Assembly: GCA_965218795.1 (NCBI GenBank)
Contig: OZ244653.1
Span: 2,112,001-2,176,000, forward strand
DNA from: a bacterium
Lineage (GTDB): Bacteria; UBA8248; JACPRG01; G963555815
Direction: 5' to 3'
DNA length: 64,000 bases
This document shows, in pieces, positions 48,272-57,484 of this stretch (its first letter is position 1; every line of letters begins with the position of its first letter). Below the pieces are notes generated by a model. The model had not been told where the DNA came from. It saw only the letters and a list, made by a program, of their open reading frames with translations, and made no database searches. Both the position numbers and the translations under genes were made by a program.

Positions 48272-49146
48272 AGGTTTTCCCTCGCTGACGCCAATGCCTT
48301 CTCCGCGGCCCGCCGGAAGAATACCTTCACCATCTCCAGACGATAGGGCGCGGGCCCCCGAACGTCGTCAATGGGCTCGATGCCGTCCGCCGCGCGCTCG
48401 GCCGCCGCCCGCAACAGGTCCTTGGAAACCTCCTGTCCCTTCAGCGTCTCCTCCGCCCCCGAGGACCGCACGGGCGCTGGAGAGGCCGCGCCCACGCCCA
48501 CCCGCGCGTCCGCGCACGTCTTTCCGTCTTCGGCCAGCGCCAAAGCGACGCCGACGCACACGAAGGGCCGGTCCTCCAGGGTCGTTGTCGTGTACCGCAG
48601 ATACGCCATCCCGGACCGCGGGGCCGGCGCGGGCAGCCGGATCGACGTCAGAATTTCGTCCGGCGCCAGACGGGTCTCGTAATACCCGCTGCACAGGTCC
48701 TCGATGGGAAGGGATCGCTCTCCGCCGGAACCCTGAACCGTGGCTTCCGCCCCCGCCGCGATCAGGGCGGTCGGCGGATCGGAGGCCGGATCGGCATGGC
48801 AAAGGTTTCCGCCGATCGTCCCCATGTTCCTCACCTGGGGATTGGCCACATGATGGGCCATCTCCACAAGGGCCGGAACCTGCTCGCCCAGTTGGGCGTC
48901 GTGCTCGATGTCCCGGTGGAGGGTGAGCGCACCGATGGACCAGCCGCCGTCCCCAGCCTTTCGGATTCCCGCCAGGTCGGAAAGCGCATTCAGGTTGATG
49001 AGCGCCTGCGGCCGGTAGATTCCCTGCCGCATCAGGAGCGTCAGCGCCGTCCCTCCCGCAATAACCCGGGCGGAATCTCCGTAATGCCCGAGGGCCTGGA
49101 TCGCCTCCTCGACCGACGCGGGCGCGATGACCTCAAAGGGCTTCAC
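48268..49146 (-). CDS. FAD-binding medium subunit (CoxM/CutM-like)
   Basis: IAGGT, VRNMGTIGGNLCHADPASD, DDVRGPAPYR; no 4Fe-4S insert. Confidence 0.93.
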   Translation of the reverse strand: MKPFEVIAPASVEEAIQALGHYGDSARVIAGGTALTLLMRQGIYRPQALINLNALSDLAGIRKAGDGGWSIGALTLHRDIEHDAQLGEQVPALVEMAHHVANPQVRNMGTIGGNLCHADPASDPPTALIAAGAEATVQGSGGERSLPIEDLCSGYYETRLAPDEILTSIRLPAPAPRSGMAYLRYTTTTLEDRPFVCVGVALALAEDGKTCADARVGVGAASPAPVRSSGAEETLKGQEVSKDLLRAAAERAADGIEPIDDVRGPAPYRLEMVKVFFRRAAEKALASARENL

Positions 49147-51458
49147 GACGCCGATCCCTCCGAGGCGCGAAGGGCCCCGAACACCCTGGCCGGCGTGACG
49201 GGGAGATCCTTGACGCGGACCCCGACGGCGTCAAAAATCGCATTCGCAACGGCGGGAGCGGTCGGCACCAGAACGGGTTCACCGATCCCCTTCGCGTTAT
49301 AGGGCCCCTCGGGATCATCGGTCTCCACGATGATGGGGATCACCTCCGGCATGTCCTTGGACGTGAAGATCTTGTAGTCCGCGAAATTGCCGTTGAGAAA
49401 CTGACCGCCTTCGATGGCCAGGTTCTCGGTCAGGCCGTAGCCCAGCCCCTGTGACAGGCCGCCGTGGATCTGGGCCTCCAACAGCATGGGATTGATGGCC
49501 CGCCCCACGTCGTGAGCGGCGGCGATCCGGAGGACCCGAACCCGGCCCGTCTCCGTGTCGACCTCCACTTCGGCGGCGTGGGCCGCGAATGAATAGGCCG
49601 GCGAGATGTTTCCCGTCCCCGTCATGTGGTCGATGAATTCGGTCGGCGTATCGTAGTGCGCCGACTCCAGAATGGCCTCGCTCCCCTGCCGGTAGGTGGA
49701 TGCCTCGGCCACCTCGCCGAGCGTCATGGACCGATCGGGCGCTGATTTGACGAAGATCCGGCTGCTGCGGATATCCAGATCCTCCACCGCGGCCTCCAGC
49801 TTCTCGGCGGCCACGGTCAGGAGCTTCTCCCGCGCTTGTTTGGCGGCGTTGTAGACGGCGTTTCCGGAAATGAACGTCACGCTGGATGCGCTGGCGCCGC
49901 GGCTGTCCATCGGGGCGTTTTCCGTATCCATGGTATAGATGCGGACTTCGTCGAGATTCATCCCGAGGGTTTCGGCGGCGATCTGCGCCAGAACCGTCTT
50001 CGCGCCCTGCCCGCAATCCACGGTGCCCGTGATGACGCTGGCCGAGCCGTCGTCGTGAATCTTCAGGAACGCGCCGGAACAATCGGCGTCCCAGTATGCG
50101 CGGGCGCCGACCGTGTAGATCATTCCGGCGATGCCCCGGCCGCGCTTGACCGTTCCGTTCGCCGGCCGTTCCGACTCCTTCCACCCCACGTCGATGGCGC
50201 GGGCCGCTTTCTCGATGCACTCCTCCATCGCGCACGTGCCGATACGCCAACCCACCGGCGTCACGTCGCCCGGCTGCGTGGCGTTCTTTTTTCGCAGTTC
50301 GACGGGCTCGATGCCGAGCTCCTCGGCGAGTTCATCCATCTGGGTCTCGACCGCAAAGGTCACCTGGGGGCCGCCGAAGCCCCGGAAGGCGTTCGCCCAG
50401 CTCTTGTTGGTATAGACGACGTAGCCGTCGTAGCGGACGTTCGGCACCCGGTAGAGCGACGTGAGGATGCTCCCGCCGACGCCCGTCGTCGCGGGGGTTA
50501 CATTATTGTAGGCGCCGTTGTCGACGTAGGACTCCCCCTTCCGGGCCACCAGGGTTCCGTCCTTCTCGGCCGCGGTCCACAGACGGATCCTGAGCGCGCT
50601 TCGATGCCCGGAGGTGGCGAACTCTTCCTGCCGCGAGAGAAAGAGCCGAACGGGACGTCCGGTCTTCTTGGCAAGGAATCCCGCGAGGGCCTCGTTCGCC
50701 CCGACCTTCGACTTCCCGCCGAACCCGCCGCCGATGAAGACCTCGTGGACGTGGACGTTGCCGAGGGAGACGTCCAGGGCGTTGGACAACTCACGGCGAA
50801 GCAGGTCGCTCGCCTGGGTGGACGCCCAGAATTTGTACCGGCCCTGGGAGTCGCACTGGGCCACGCACCCGTGGGTTTCCATCGGGGTTTGCGCGACAGG
50901 CTGGGTCGTGAAACGGCCTTCGATCACCAACGCCGCCTTTTGGAGGGCCTCCTCGCAGTCGCCCGCGTTCCGAACGACGTGGGCGGCAATGTTTCTCTCT
51001 TTGCTCTCGTGCAAAAGGGGCGCATCGGGCTGGACGGCCTCCTCCGGATCGAAGACGGCTGGCAGCGGCTCGTATTCGACTTCGATGAGCGAAAGCGCCT
51101 CCTCCGCCGTATCCTCATCCACGGCCGCGACGGCTGCGACCTCATCTCCGACAAACCGGACCCGATCGATGGCGAGCGGGTATTTGTCCTCGTGGGGATG
51201 GCCGAGGAAATGGTACTTGATCTTCGGGGTGTCCTCGGCCGTGATCACGGCCTGGACGCCTCGAAGCCGCTCGGCCTTCGAGGTGTCGATGTTCCGGATC
51301 CAGGCGTGCGGGTGCGGACTCCGCAGTATCTTTCCGTACAGCATCCGGGGAAGGGTGATATCGAAGGCGTACATCGCCTCTCCGGTCAGGAGAAGCTCGC
51401 CGTCCACCTTGACCGCGCGCTGGCCGACGACGGCCAAGTCACGATTTTCGGCATTCAA
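49143..51458 (-). CDS. Xanthine dehydrogenase family Mo-binding subunit #6 (with its own M and S subunits)
   Basis: GGGFGGK, AFRGFGGPQ, DCGQG, EAQIHGG, NAKGIGE; translationally coupled L-M-S. Confidence 0.93.
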   Translation of the reverse strand: MNAENRDLAVVGQRAVKVDGELLLTGEAMYAFDITLPRMLYGKILRSPHPHAWIRNIDTSKAERLRGVQAVITAEDTPKIKYHFLGHPHEDKYPLAIDRVRFVGDEVAAVAAVDEDTAEEALSLIEVEYEPLPAVFDPEEAVQPDAPLLHESKERNIAAHVVRNAGDCEEALQKAALVIEGRFTTQPVAQTPMETHGCVAQCDSQGRYKFWASTQASDLLRRELSNALDVSLGNVHVHEVFIGGGFGGKSKVGANEALAGFLAKKTGRPVRLFLSRQEEFATSGHRSALRIRLWTAAEKDGTLVARKGESYVDNGAYNNVTPATTGVGGSILTSLYRVPNVRYDGYVVYTNKSWANAFRGFGGPQVTFAVETQMDELAEELGIEPVELRKKNATQPGDVTPVGWRIGTCAMEECIEKAARAIDVGWKESERPANGTVKRGRGIAGMIYTVGARAYWDADCSGAFLKIHDDGSASVITGTVDCGQGAKTVLAQIAAETLGMNLDEVRIYTMDTENAPMDSRGASASSVTFISGNAVYNAAKQAREKLLTVAAEKLEAAVEDLDIRSSRIFVKSAPDRSMTLGEVAEASTYRQGSEAILESAHYDTPTEFIDHMTGTGNISPAYSFAAHAAEVEVDTETGRVRVLRIAAAHDVGRAINPMLLEAQIHGGLSQGLGYGLTENLAIEGGQFLNGNFADYKIFTSKDMPEVIPIIVETDDPEGPYNAKGIGEPVLVPTAPAVANAIFDAVGVRVKDLPVTPARVFGALRASEGSAS

Positions 51459-51608
51459 TAGGGGTATCCCCCTTGGAGGAATTCACCGACACGGGAGAAG
51501 GGCTCCGGGTCGAGTCGGCATCGGTACCCGGAGTACCCTCCCCTTCGACGATTCAGGTCTTCACACGTCGATCAGAACCAAATCAGCCGCGCCCGGCGGG
51601 CCCTTTCG

Positions 51609-52634
51609 TCAGTTCATCGCGGGCCGCTTGGGGATAATCGGCGGTTTGGGCTGGAATTCGTTCGTGTAGTAGTTCATCACGGGCTCGACGTTCTTGATTT
51701 CCCGCGCCTCTGCGATGACGTCCCGGGTGTACTTCATCTTGCCGTAGGCGATGTGGCCCAGTCCGTTCAATTGGGTATCCGGCGTGATGAGATGATCGAC
51801 GGCAATATCCCAGTGGGCCCGCGCCAGCTTCGCATTGATCTCCCCATGGTTTTTGAGGAAGACCTTCGTACCCTCGCCGGGATGCTCCACCCCGTAGGCC
51901 AGGCCCTTCAACGACGCGCGCATGAACTTACGGAGGAAATCCTGGTCCGAGCCGATCATCTTCTCCGTCGCCAGGAACCCGTTCGAGTACAGGTCCAACC
52001 CGTGGTCTGCGTACCGAATGGTGGTGACGGCAACGTTGCTACTCTTGGCGACCTTCATGACGTTCGGACCCACGGTGGTGTAAGTCACCAGACCGTCCAC
52101 CGACCCCGAGACCATGCTCGGGATCTTGGAGCTCCAGGCCATCGGAACGAACTTCACCCTTCCGGCGTTCAGACCCGCGGCCTTCGCGAGCGGCGGGAAC
52201 AGGACGCTGCCGTCCTCCTCCGCCACCGTAGCGATGCTCTTTCCCTCAAGGTCTTTGACGCCTTTGATCCCGCGGTCCGTCCTGGCGTAGATGACATGCA
52301 TGCTCTTGGTGTGCCAAACGCCGATGGCCCGGACCTTGACCCCCTGGGCGCGGGCGATCACAAGCGTATCCACGCCGCCCGAGGCCACGGTGCAGGCGCC
52401 CGTGGAGGTCCGCTTCGCGTTGTCCATTCCGCTGACGCCTTTGACGAATTTGACGTCCATCCCTTCGGCTTTATAGAAGCCCTTTTCCCGGCCCACGTAG
52501 AAGCCCACATGTTTTCCGTAGGGGTTCCAGGCGAAGCAAAATATAACATCTCTCGCCTCGGCCTTCGTCACCGGAAGGAAACCGCTCATACAAAAAACCA
52601 ACAACCCGGCCAGGAGATACTTCGCGCACTTCAT
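51609..52634 (-). CDS. NMT1/THI5-like ABC substrate-binding protein, orphan (paralog of 3568-4593)
   Basis: Signal peptide; AWNPYGKHVGFYVG.EKGFYKAEG.DV, KDLEGK, LYSNG. Confidence 0.85.
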   Translation of the reverse strand: MKCAKYLLAGLLVFCMSGFLPVTKAEARDVIFCFAWNPYGKHVGFYVGREKGFYKAEGMDVKFVKGVSGMDNAKRTSTGACTVASGGVDTLVIARAQGVKVRAIGVWHTKSMHVIYARTDRGIKGVKDLEGKSIATVAEEDGSVLFPPLAKAAGLNAGRVKFVPMAWSSKIPSMVSGSVDGLVTYTTVGPNVMKVAKSSNVAVTTIRYADHGLDLYSNGFLATEKMIGSDQDFLRKFMRASLKGLAYGVEHPGEGTKVFLKNHGEINAKLARAHWDIAVDHLITPDTQLNGLGHIAYGKMKYTRDVIAEAREIKNVEPVMNYYTNEFQPKPPIIPKRPAMN

Positions 52635-52775
52635 GTCTCACCCTCCATACAGACGAAAGTGGTTTCGCATTGATCGACGACGATCAACAGTGCAAAGACA
52701 TACTTCCAGCCCTCATCTCTCCACCGCTGACCTCCCCGAAGCGGCCGGAAGCACAATTTTGCGGAACTCGGCCTT

Positions 52776-52804
52776 ATTAAACTGAAATATGTTGAGCGTG
52801 TCAA
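52776..52804 (-). promoter_or_regulatory. Sigma70 promoter for the binding protein-L-M-S operon
   Basis: Minus strand TTGACA-N17-TTTAAT. Confidence 0.6.
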
Positions 52805-52830
52805 CGGAATTCGGCCCTCTCTCAGGCATG

Positions 52831-52860
52831 TTGACTTCGGTCCACCCCCACGAGTAGCAT
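52831..52860 (+). promoter_or_regulatory. Sigma70 promoter for the OYE gene (back-to-back with the previous promoter)
   Basis: TTGACT-N18-TAGCAT. Confidence 0.45.
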
Positions 52861-52924
52861 CGTCGCAAGCTGGCTCTCAATACAGCCCCGCGTAGACACT
52901 TCTTTCGGAGAGAATCGCACTGCC

Positions 52925-54124
52925 ATGAACGACCCAGCCTCCATGGCTTTGTTCCAGCCCGGACAGATCGGAAACGTCGAGACGAGAAACCGCTTCATCC
53001 GGTCCGCCACGTCGGAATCCATGGCCGACACCGAGGGCTTCATCACGCCCGCTTACCGCGACCTTCACCTCACACTGGCCCGGTCCGGCGTCGGCCTGCA
53101 ATTTACGGGACATATCTACGTCCATCCGCAGGGCCGGTATACGGCGGACATGACCGGACTTTCGCGGGATGAGCACGTCGAGCCCTTCAAGAGCCTCACG
53201 CGGGAGGTCCAGGCGGCAGGATCCAGGTTCTTCGCTCAGTTGAATCACGCAGGAAGCCAGAGCCGCGACCCCGCCGTGGATCCCATCGCGCCTTCCGTGA
53301 TCCCGAATCTTCAGCACGGCCGGACGCCTGAGGAGGCGACCGAAGAGCAGATCCGGGAGATCATCGACGCGTTCGGCCAAGCCGCGGGACGGGTGCGGGA
53401 AGCCGGGTTCGACGGCGTCCACCTGCACGCGGGTCACGGATACCTGTTGACCGAGTTCATGTCTCCCTACGCCAACCGGCGGGAGGACGACTGGGGCGGG
53501 CCGCTGGAAAACCGCCAGCGGCTCCTCCTGGAAGTCGTCCGGGCCATCCGGAACACCGTCGGCGCCGATTTTCCCTTCACCGTGAAGCTCGGCATGCGCG
53601 ACTTCGTCTCGGGCGGGGTCACTCTGGAGGAGGGCCTTGATACAGCGGCGAAGCTCGACCGGTTTGGGGTCGAGGCCATCGAGGTCTCGGCCGGCCTGAT
53701 CTCGGCCAAGATGGAGAGCGCCGCGTCGTATGCGGGCGTGACTCGAAGCCGCGCACTCCAGGACAAGCTCCTCCACCGTGTCTTCGCGAAACCCGTCCCC
53801 GAGGCGTACTTCCGGGAGGCGGCGCGGAAGCTCAGAGAGGTGGTGCGGTGCCCCATCATTCTCGTGGGCGGGATTCGGACGGTGGAGATGATGGAGTCTA
53901 TCGTGGCCGAAGGAATCGCCGACTTCGTCTCGATGGCCCGGCCCTTCATCCGGGAGCCGGACCTCGTGCGGAAAATCGAGCAGGGCAAGCGGGGACTGGT
54001 CGAGTGCACCTCCTGCAACATCTGCCTGATGCACGAAGGCTTCCACTCCCTCCGGTGCTGGAGAAAGAGCAACAAGGACCTCCTCGCCCACGCCTGGCAC
54101 CGGTTCACGGGCAAGCTTCACTGA
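52925..54124 (+). CDS. NADH:flavin oxidoreductase, Old Yellow Enzyme family, with a C-terminal Cys cluster
   Basis: NRFIRSAT, QLNHAG, AGFDGVHLHAGHGYL, NRREDDWGG.LENR, SMARPFI.EP, CTSCNIC...C. Confidence 0.92.
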   Translation: MNDPASMALFQPGQIGNVETRNRFIRSATSESMADTEGFITPAYRDLHLTLARSGVGLQFTGHIYVHPQGRYTADMTGLSRDEHVEPFKSLTREVQAAGSRFFAQLNHAGSQSRDPAVDPIAPSVIPNLQHGRTPEEATEEQIREIIDAFGQAAGRVREAGFDGVHLHAGHGYLLTEFMSPYANRREDDWGGPLENRQRLLLEVVRAIRNTVGADFPFTVKLGMRDFVSGGVTLEEGLDTAAKLDRFGVEAIEVSAGLISAKMESAASYAGVTRSRALQDKLLHRVFAKPVPEAYFREAARKLREVVRCPIILVGGIRTVEMMESIVAEGIADFVSMARPFIREPDLVRKIEQGKRGLVECTSCNICLMHEGFHSLRCWRKSNKDLLAHAWHRFTGKLH

Positions 54125-54398
54125 CTGAAGGATTTGGGAAATGATGGTGGTTTTTGCGAGTGGTTTCTCGATTCGAATCGGACAACGATCCTAAGATCGT
54201 TGAGGACTTTCCGGCTTGACCGGCTAGACCCCGGGAATGACAGCGTATTCGCTCAACCCAACGCTGGCCGTCATTGCGAATGAGGGTCTTCAGGCACTCG
54301 TGAGGAATCAGCTCGATCTGACAGCCGACCTGCTTTCCATCAAAAGACTGACAAAGGACATTCGGCAGTGATGGACGCTCGTATCGGAAAAAAGCGGC

Positions 54399-55910
54399 CT
54401 ATGCCTCCTCCCGGATGAAATCCGCAACACGCTCGCCGATCATCAGGGAAATGTTATTGGTCGGGGAGTGCGGGATGACGGGGATGATGGAGGCGTCGGC
54501 GACCCGGAGATTGTCCATCCCGTGCACGCGCAGCCGATCATCCACAACGGCCATCGGGTCGGAAGCGGGCCCCATCATACAGGTCCCCGCCGCGTGGTGG
54601 AAGCTGTCGTACGTTGTCCGCGCGTATCGTTCCCAATCGTCCTCGGGACCGGGTTGGATCAACGGGCCGTAATGCTCCTTCATCGGCTCGGTTTTCACCA
54701 GCTCCTCGATGAACTTCATCATCGTAACCATGGCCTCCATGTCATCGGGGTCCTCCATCATCCGGGGATCAATCCCCGGCGGCTGACGAGGGTCGGTGCC
54801 GTTCAGGTAGACCCGTCCGGGAGACCGGTGCTCGATCAGCCGAACCGTGATGGAGTTGATCTGTCCCAGTCCCTCCATCTCCGTGGGCGGCCGGAGGATG
54901 ACCTGAACGTTGGAAAACTCCATCCCCGGGTCGCTCTTCAGGTTCAGCATGACGCCGGGAACGATCCACTCTTCCCGGTGCGGCTTGGCGCCCTCGTACG
55001 ACATATAGACCACCGTGTGGTCCTGGAAATTCTCCCCCACCCCTTCGAGGGGGCAAACCACCGGAATTCCGTGTCTTTCCAACTCGGCAACCGGTCCGAT
55101 TCCCGACAACAGCAAAATCTTCGGAGAATGATACGCGCCCGCGCTCAAGATCACCCGGTCCCCTGACACGGTCGTGACCCGCCCGTCCTGTTCGTACCGG
55201 ACCCCGGTCGCGCGGGTCTCCTCCACGTCGAGGGAGTGAACGAGGGCGTCCGCCTCGATGGTCAGGTTTTCCCGCTCCCGGGCGGGACCGAGATAGGCCA
55301 CGGCCGCCGATTGGCGCATCCCGTCCTTGACGGCGTAGGCGGTGAGGGATACCCCATACGGGTTGGGAAGGTTCTGGTCGGCACAGAGCGGCAACCCCAT
55401 CTCCCGGGCCGCTTCGGTCACGGCGCGCTCCAGTCCCTCCATCGGCTGATCGAAGCAGAGACGGCGCTTGACGTAGACCGGCCCGCTGTCGCCGTGATAC
55501 GGGCTTTCCGGGTAGTCCTGGTCCGATTCGATGCGCCGGAAGACAGGGAGAACTTCCTTCCACGTCCAGCCCGCGATTCCCCGTTTCGTCCAGACCTCGA
55601 AGTCGCGCGGGATCGGGCGCACGATGGACATCATGTTGACCGAGGAGCCTCCGCCCATAACGTTTCCGGCCAGGGCCTGGAACACGGTGCCGTCGGCGTT
55701 GCGGGGGGTCGGGAGGAGCTCGATGTAGGGGCTTTCCAGCAGGAGGCGCGTGACGAGCGTCGCGTCGGCAACGACGTCCGGGATGGGCTGGGGATCCGGC
55801 GCCCTTTCGAGGAGCAGGACCTTCCGCGCGGGGTCTTCCGAAAGCCGCGCGGCCGCCACGCAGCCCGCCGAGCCGCCTCCAATGATGATCACGTCGTACC
55901 GGCCCGTCAT
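54399..55910 (-). CDS. GMC oxidoreductase (third gene of the tandem array)
   Basis: IGGGSAG, GGGSSVN, GVGENFQDH, HHAAGTCMMG, LRVADASIIP. Confidence 0.92.
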   Translation of the reverse strand: MTGRYDVIIIGGGSAGCVAAARLSEDPARKVLLLERAPDPQPIPDVVADATLVTRLLLESPYIELLPTPRNADGTVFQALAGNVMGGGSSVNMMSIVRPIPRDFEVWTKRGIAGWTWKEVLPVFRRIESDQDYPESPYHGDSGPVYVKRRLCFDQPMEGLERAVTEAAREMGLPLCADQNLPNPYGVSLTAYAVKDGMRQSAAVAYLGPARERENLTIEADALVHSLDVEETRATGVRYEQDGRVTTVSGDRVILSAGAYHSPKILLLSGIGPVAELERHGIPVVCPLEGVGENFQDHTVVYMSYEGAKPHREEWIVPGVMLNLKSDPGMEFSNVQVILRPPTEMEGLGQINSITVRLIEHRSPGRVYLNGTDPRQPPGIDPRMMEDPDDMEAMVTMMKFIEELVKTEPMKEHYGPLIQPGPEDDWERYARTTYDSFHHAAGTCMMGPASDPMAVVDDRLRVHGMDNLRVADASIIPVIPHSPTNNISLMIGERVADFIREEA

Positions 55911-56121
55911 GGGTGTTCCTTTTGGGTTCCGTTGGCGGGAATCAGCCGTCTTCTCTGACGAAATCCGCCAGACGCTCGCCGATCATCAGGGAAATATTGT
56001 TGGTCGGGGAGTGCGGGATGACGGGAATGATGGAGGCATCGGCGACCCGGAGATTGTCCATCCCGTGCACGCGCAGCCGATCATCCACAACGGCCATCGG
56101 GTCGGAAGCCGGACCCATCAT
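54429..56121. repeat. 150-bp near-identical direct repeat at the 3' ends of two GMC genes (54429-54578 and 55972-56121)
   Basis: Aligned by eye: 6 mismatches in 150 nt, identical encoded peptide. Confidence 0.8.
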
Positions 56122-57453
56122 GCACGTTCCCGCAGCGTGATGAAAACTGTCGTAGGTCGTCCGTGCGAAGTGCGCCCAATCCTCTCCCGGACCGGGATCG
56201 ATCCGCGCGCCATAATACTCCTTCATCGGCCCGGTTCCGGCCAGATCGTCGGCAAACTGCATCATCGAGACCATAGCGCCGAGGTCGTCCGGATGTTCCA
56301 GCATCCGGGGATCAATCTCCGGATGCTCACGAGGGTCCGCGCTCTTCAGCAATACGCGGCCTCGATTCCTCTGCTCGATCAGCCGGACCGCGAGACCGTT
56401 GATCTGGCTCAGACCTTCCATCCGGGTGGGGGGCCGAATGTTGACCTGAACATTGGAATACCCCAGGTCCGGGTCGCTCTTCAGGTTCAGCATGACGCCG
56501 GCTACGATCCAGTCTTCCTGGTGCTCCTTGGCCCCCTCGTACGACATGTAGACCACGGCGTGGTCCTGTAGATTTTCGCCGACCCCCTCCTTGGCGTGAA
56601 CCAGGGGGATCCCGTTCCGCTCCAGTTCGACCGGCGGCCCGATGCCCGACAACATCAGAATCTTGGGCGACTGATACACACCCGCGCTCAGGACAATCTG
56701 CTCCCCCGACACCGTTTCGATGGCCCCGTCCTTCTCGTACCGGACCCCTGTGACGCGAGGTCCTTCGATATCCAGCGAGTGGGCCCAGGCCCCCGAAACA
56801 ACCGTCAGATTGGGCTTGGACCGTGCGGGCTCCAGATAACCGACCACGACGGATTGTCGCTTCCCGTCCTTGACGCATCGCGCCGGGGTCGAGACCCCGT
56901 AGGGGTTCGGGACGTTCTGGTCAGGACAAAACGGGAGGCCCAAGAGTTGGGCGGTCTCCGTCAGCGCCCGTTCCAGTCCCGCCATCGGCCGGTCGAACTT
57001 GACCCGGCGACTGACGGACACCGGCCCGGAATTCCCGTGGTATGGGTGGTCGGGGTAATCCTGGTCCGACTCGATACGCCGGAAGACGGGAAGGACGTCC
57101 TCCCAGGTCCACCCGGAAACGCCGCGGCCCGTCCAGACCTCGAAATCGTGGGGAATCGGCCGGAGCCACTCCATCATATTGACCGAGGAGCCGCCCCCCA
57201 TGACCTGGCCGGCCAGCGACTGAAATACGCTTCCGTCAAGGTTCCGCGCGGTCGGTAGAAGCTCGATATAGGGAGATTCAAGCAGGATTCGAGAAGCCTG
57301 CCCGGCGTCCGCGATGACTTCCGGCAGGGGTTGGGGGTCCGGCGCCCGTTCGAGAAGCAGGACCTTCCGCGCGGGGTCTTCCGATAGCCGCGCGGCCGCC
57401 ACGCAACCCGCCGATCCGCCCCCAACCACGATGACGTCGTAGCGTTCCGTCAT
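55942..57453 (-). CDS. GMC oxidoreductase (second gene of the tandem array)
   Basis: Same GMC motifs; 503 aa. Confidence 0.92.
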   Translation of the reverse strand: MTERYDVIVVGGGSAGCVAAARLSEDPARKVLLLERAPDPQPLPEVIADAGQASRILLESPYIELLPTARNLDGSVFQSLAGQVMGGGSSVNMMEWLRPIPHDFEVWTGRGVSGWTWEDVLPVFRRIESDQDYPDHPYHGNSGPVSVSRRVKFDRPMAGLERALTETAQLLGLPFCPDQNVPNPYGVSTPARCVKDGKRQSVVVGYLEPARSKPNLTVVSGAWAHSLDIEGPRVTGVRYEKDGAIETVSGEQIVLSAGVYQSPKILMLSGIGPPVELERNGIPLVHAKEGVGENLQDHAVVYMSYEGAKEHQEDWIVAGVMLNLKSDPDLGYSNVQVNIRPPTRMEGLSQINGLAVRLIEQRNRGRVLLKSADPREHPEIDPRMLEHPDDLGAMVSMMQFADDLAGTGPMKEYYGARIDPGPGEDWAHFARTTYDSFHHAAGTCMMGPASDPMAVVDDRLRVHGMDNLRVADASIIPVIPHSPTNNISLMIGERLADFVREDG

Positions 57454-57484
57454 TTCTGAACGTTCCGGTCAAGAGAAGAGCGGA

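Noticed and set aside
47786-51458. Aerobic CO dehydrogenase (coxLMS, with coxG nearby)
   Set aside because: The large subunit has AFRGFG, not AYRCSFR or AYRGAGR, and no coxDEF genes are present.
7477-51458. 4-hydroxybenzoyl-CoA reductase (HcrABC)
   Set aside because: Some large subunits look HcrA-like, but the only FAD subunit lacks the Cys-rich 4Fe-4S insertion of HcrB, and no CoA ligase or benzoyl-CoA pathway genes are present.
54125-54398. REP/MITE-like element or sRNA between convergent OYE and GMC genes (CAACGATC-CTAA-GATCGTTG hairpin; GGAATGAC...GTCATT; GGAATGAC also near 11367)
   Set aside because: Only short degenerate matches, with no second full copy and no transposase; not supportable beyond a possible terminator hairpin.
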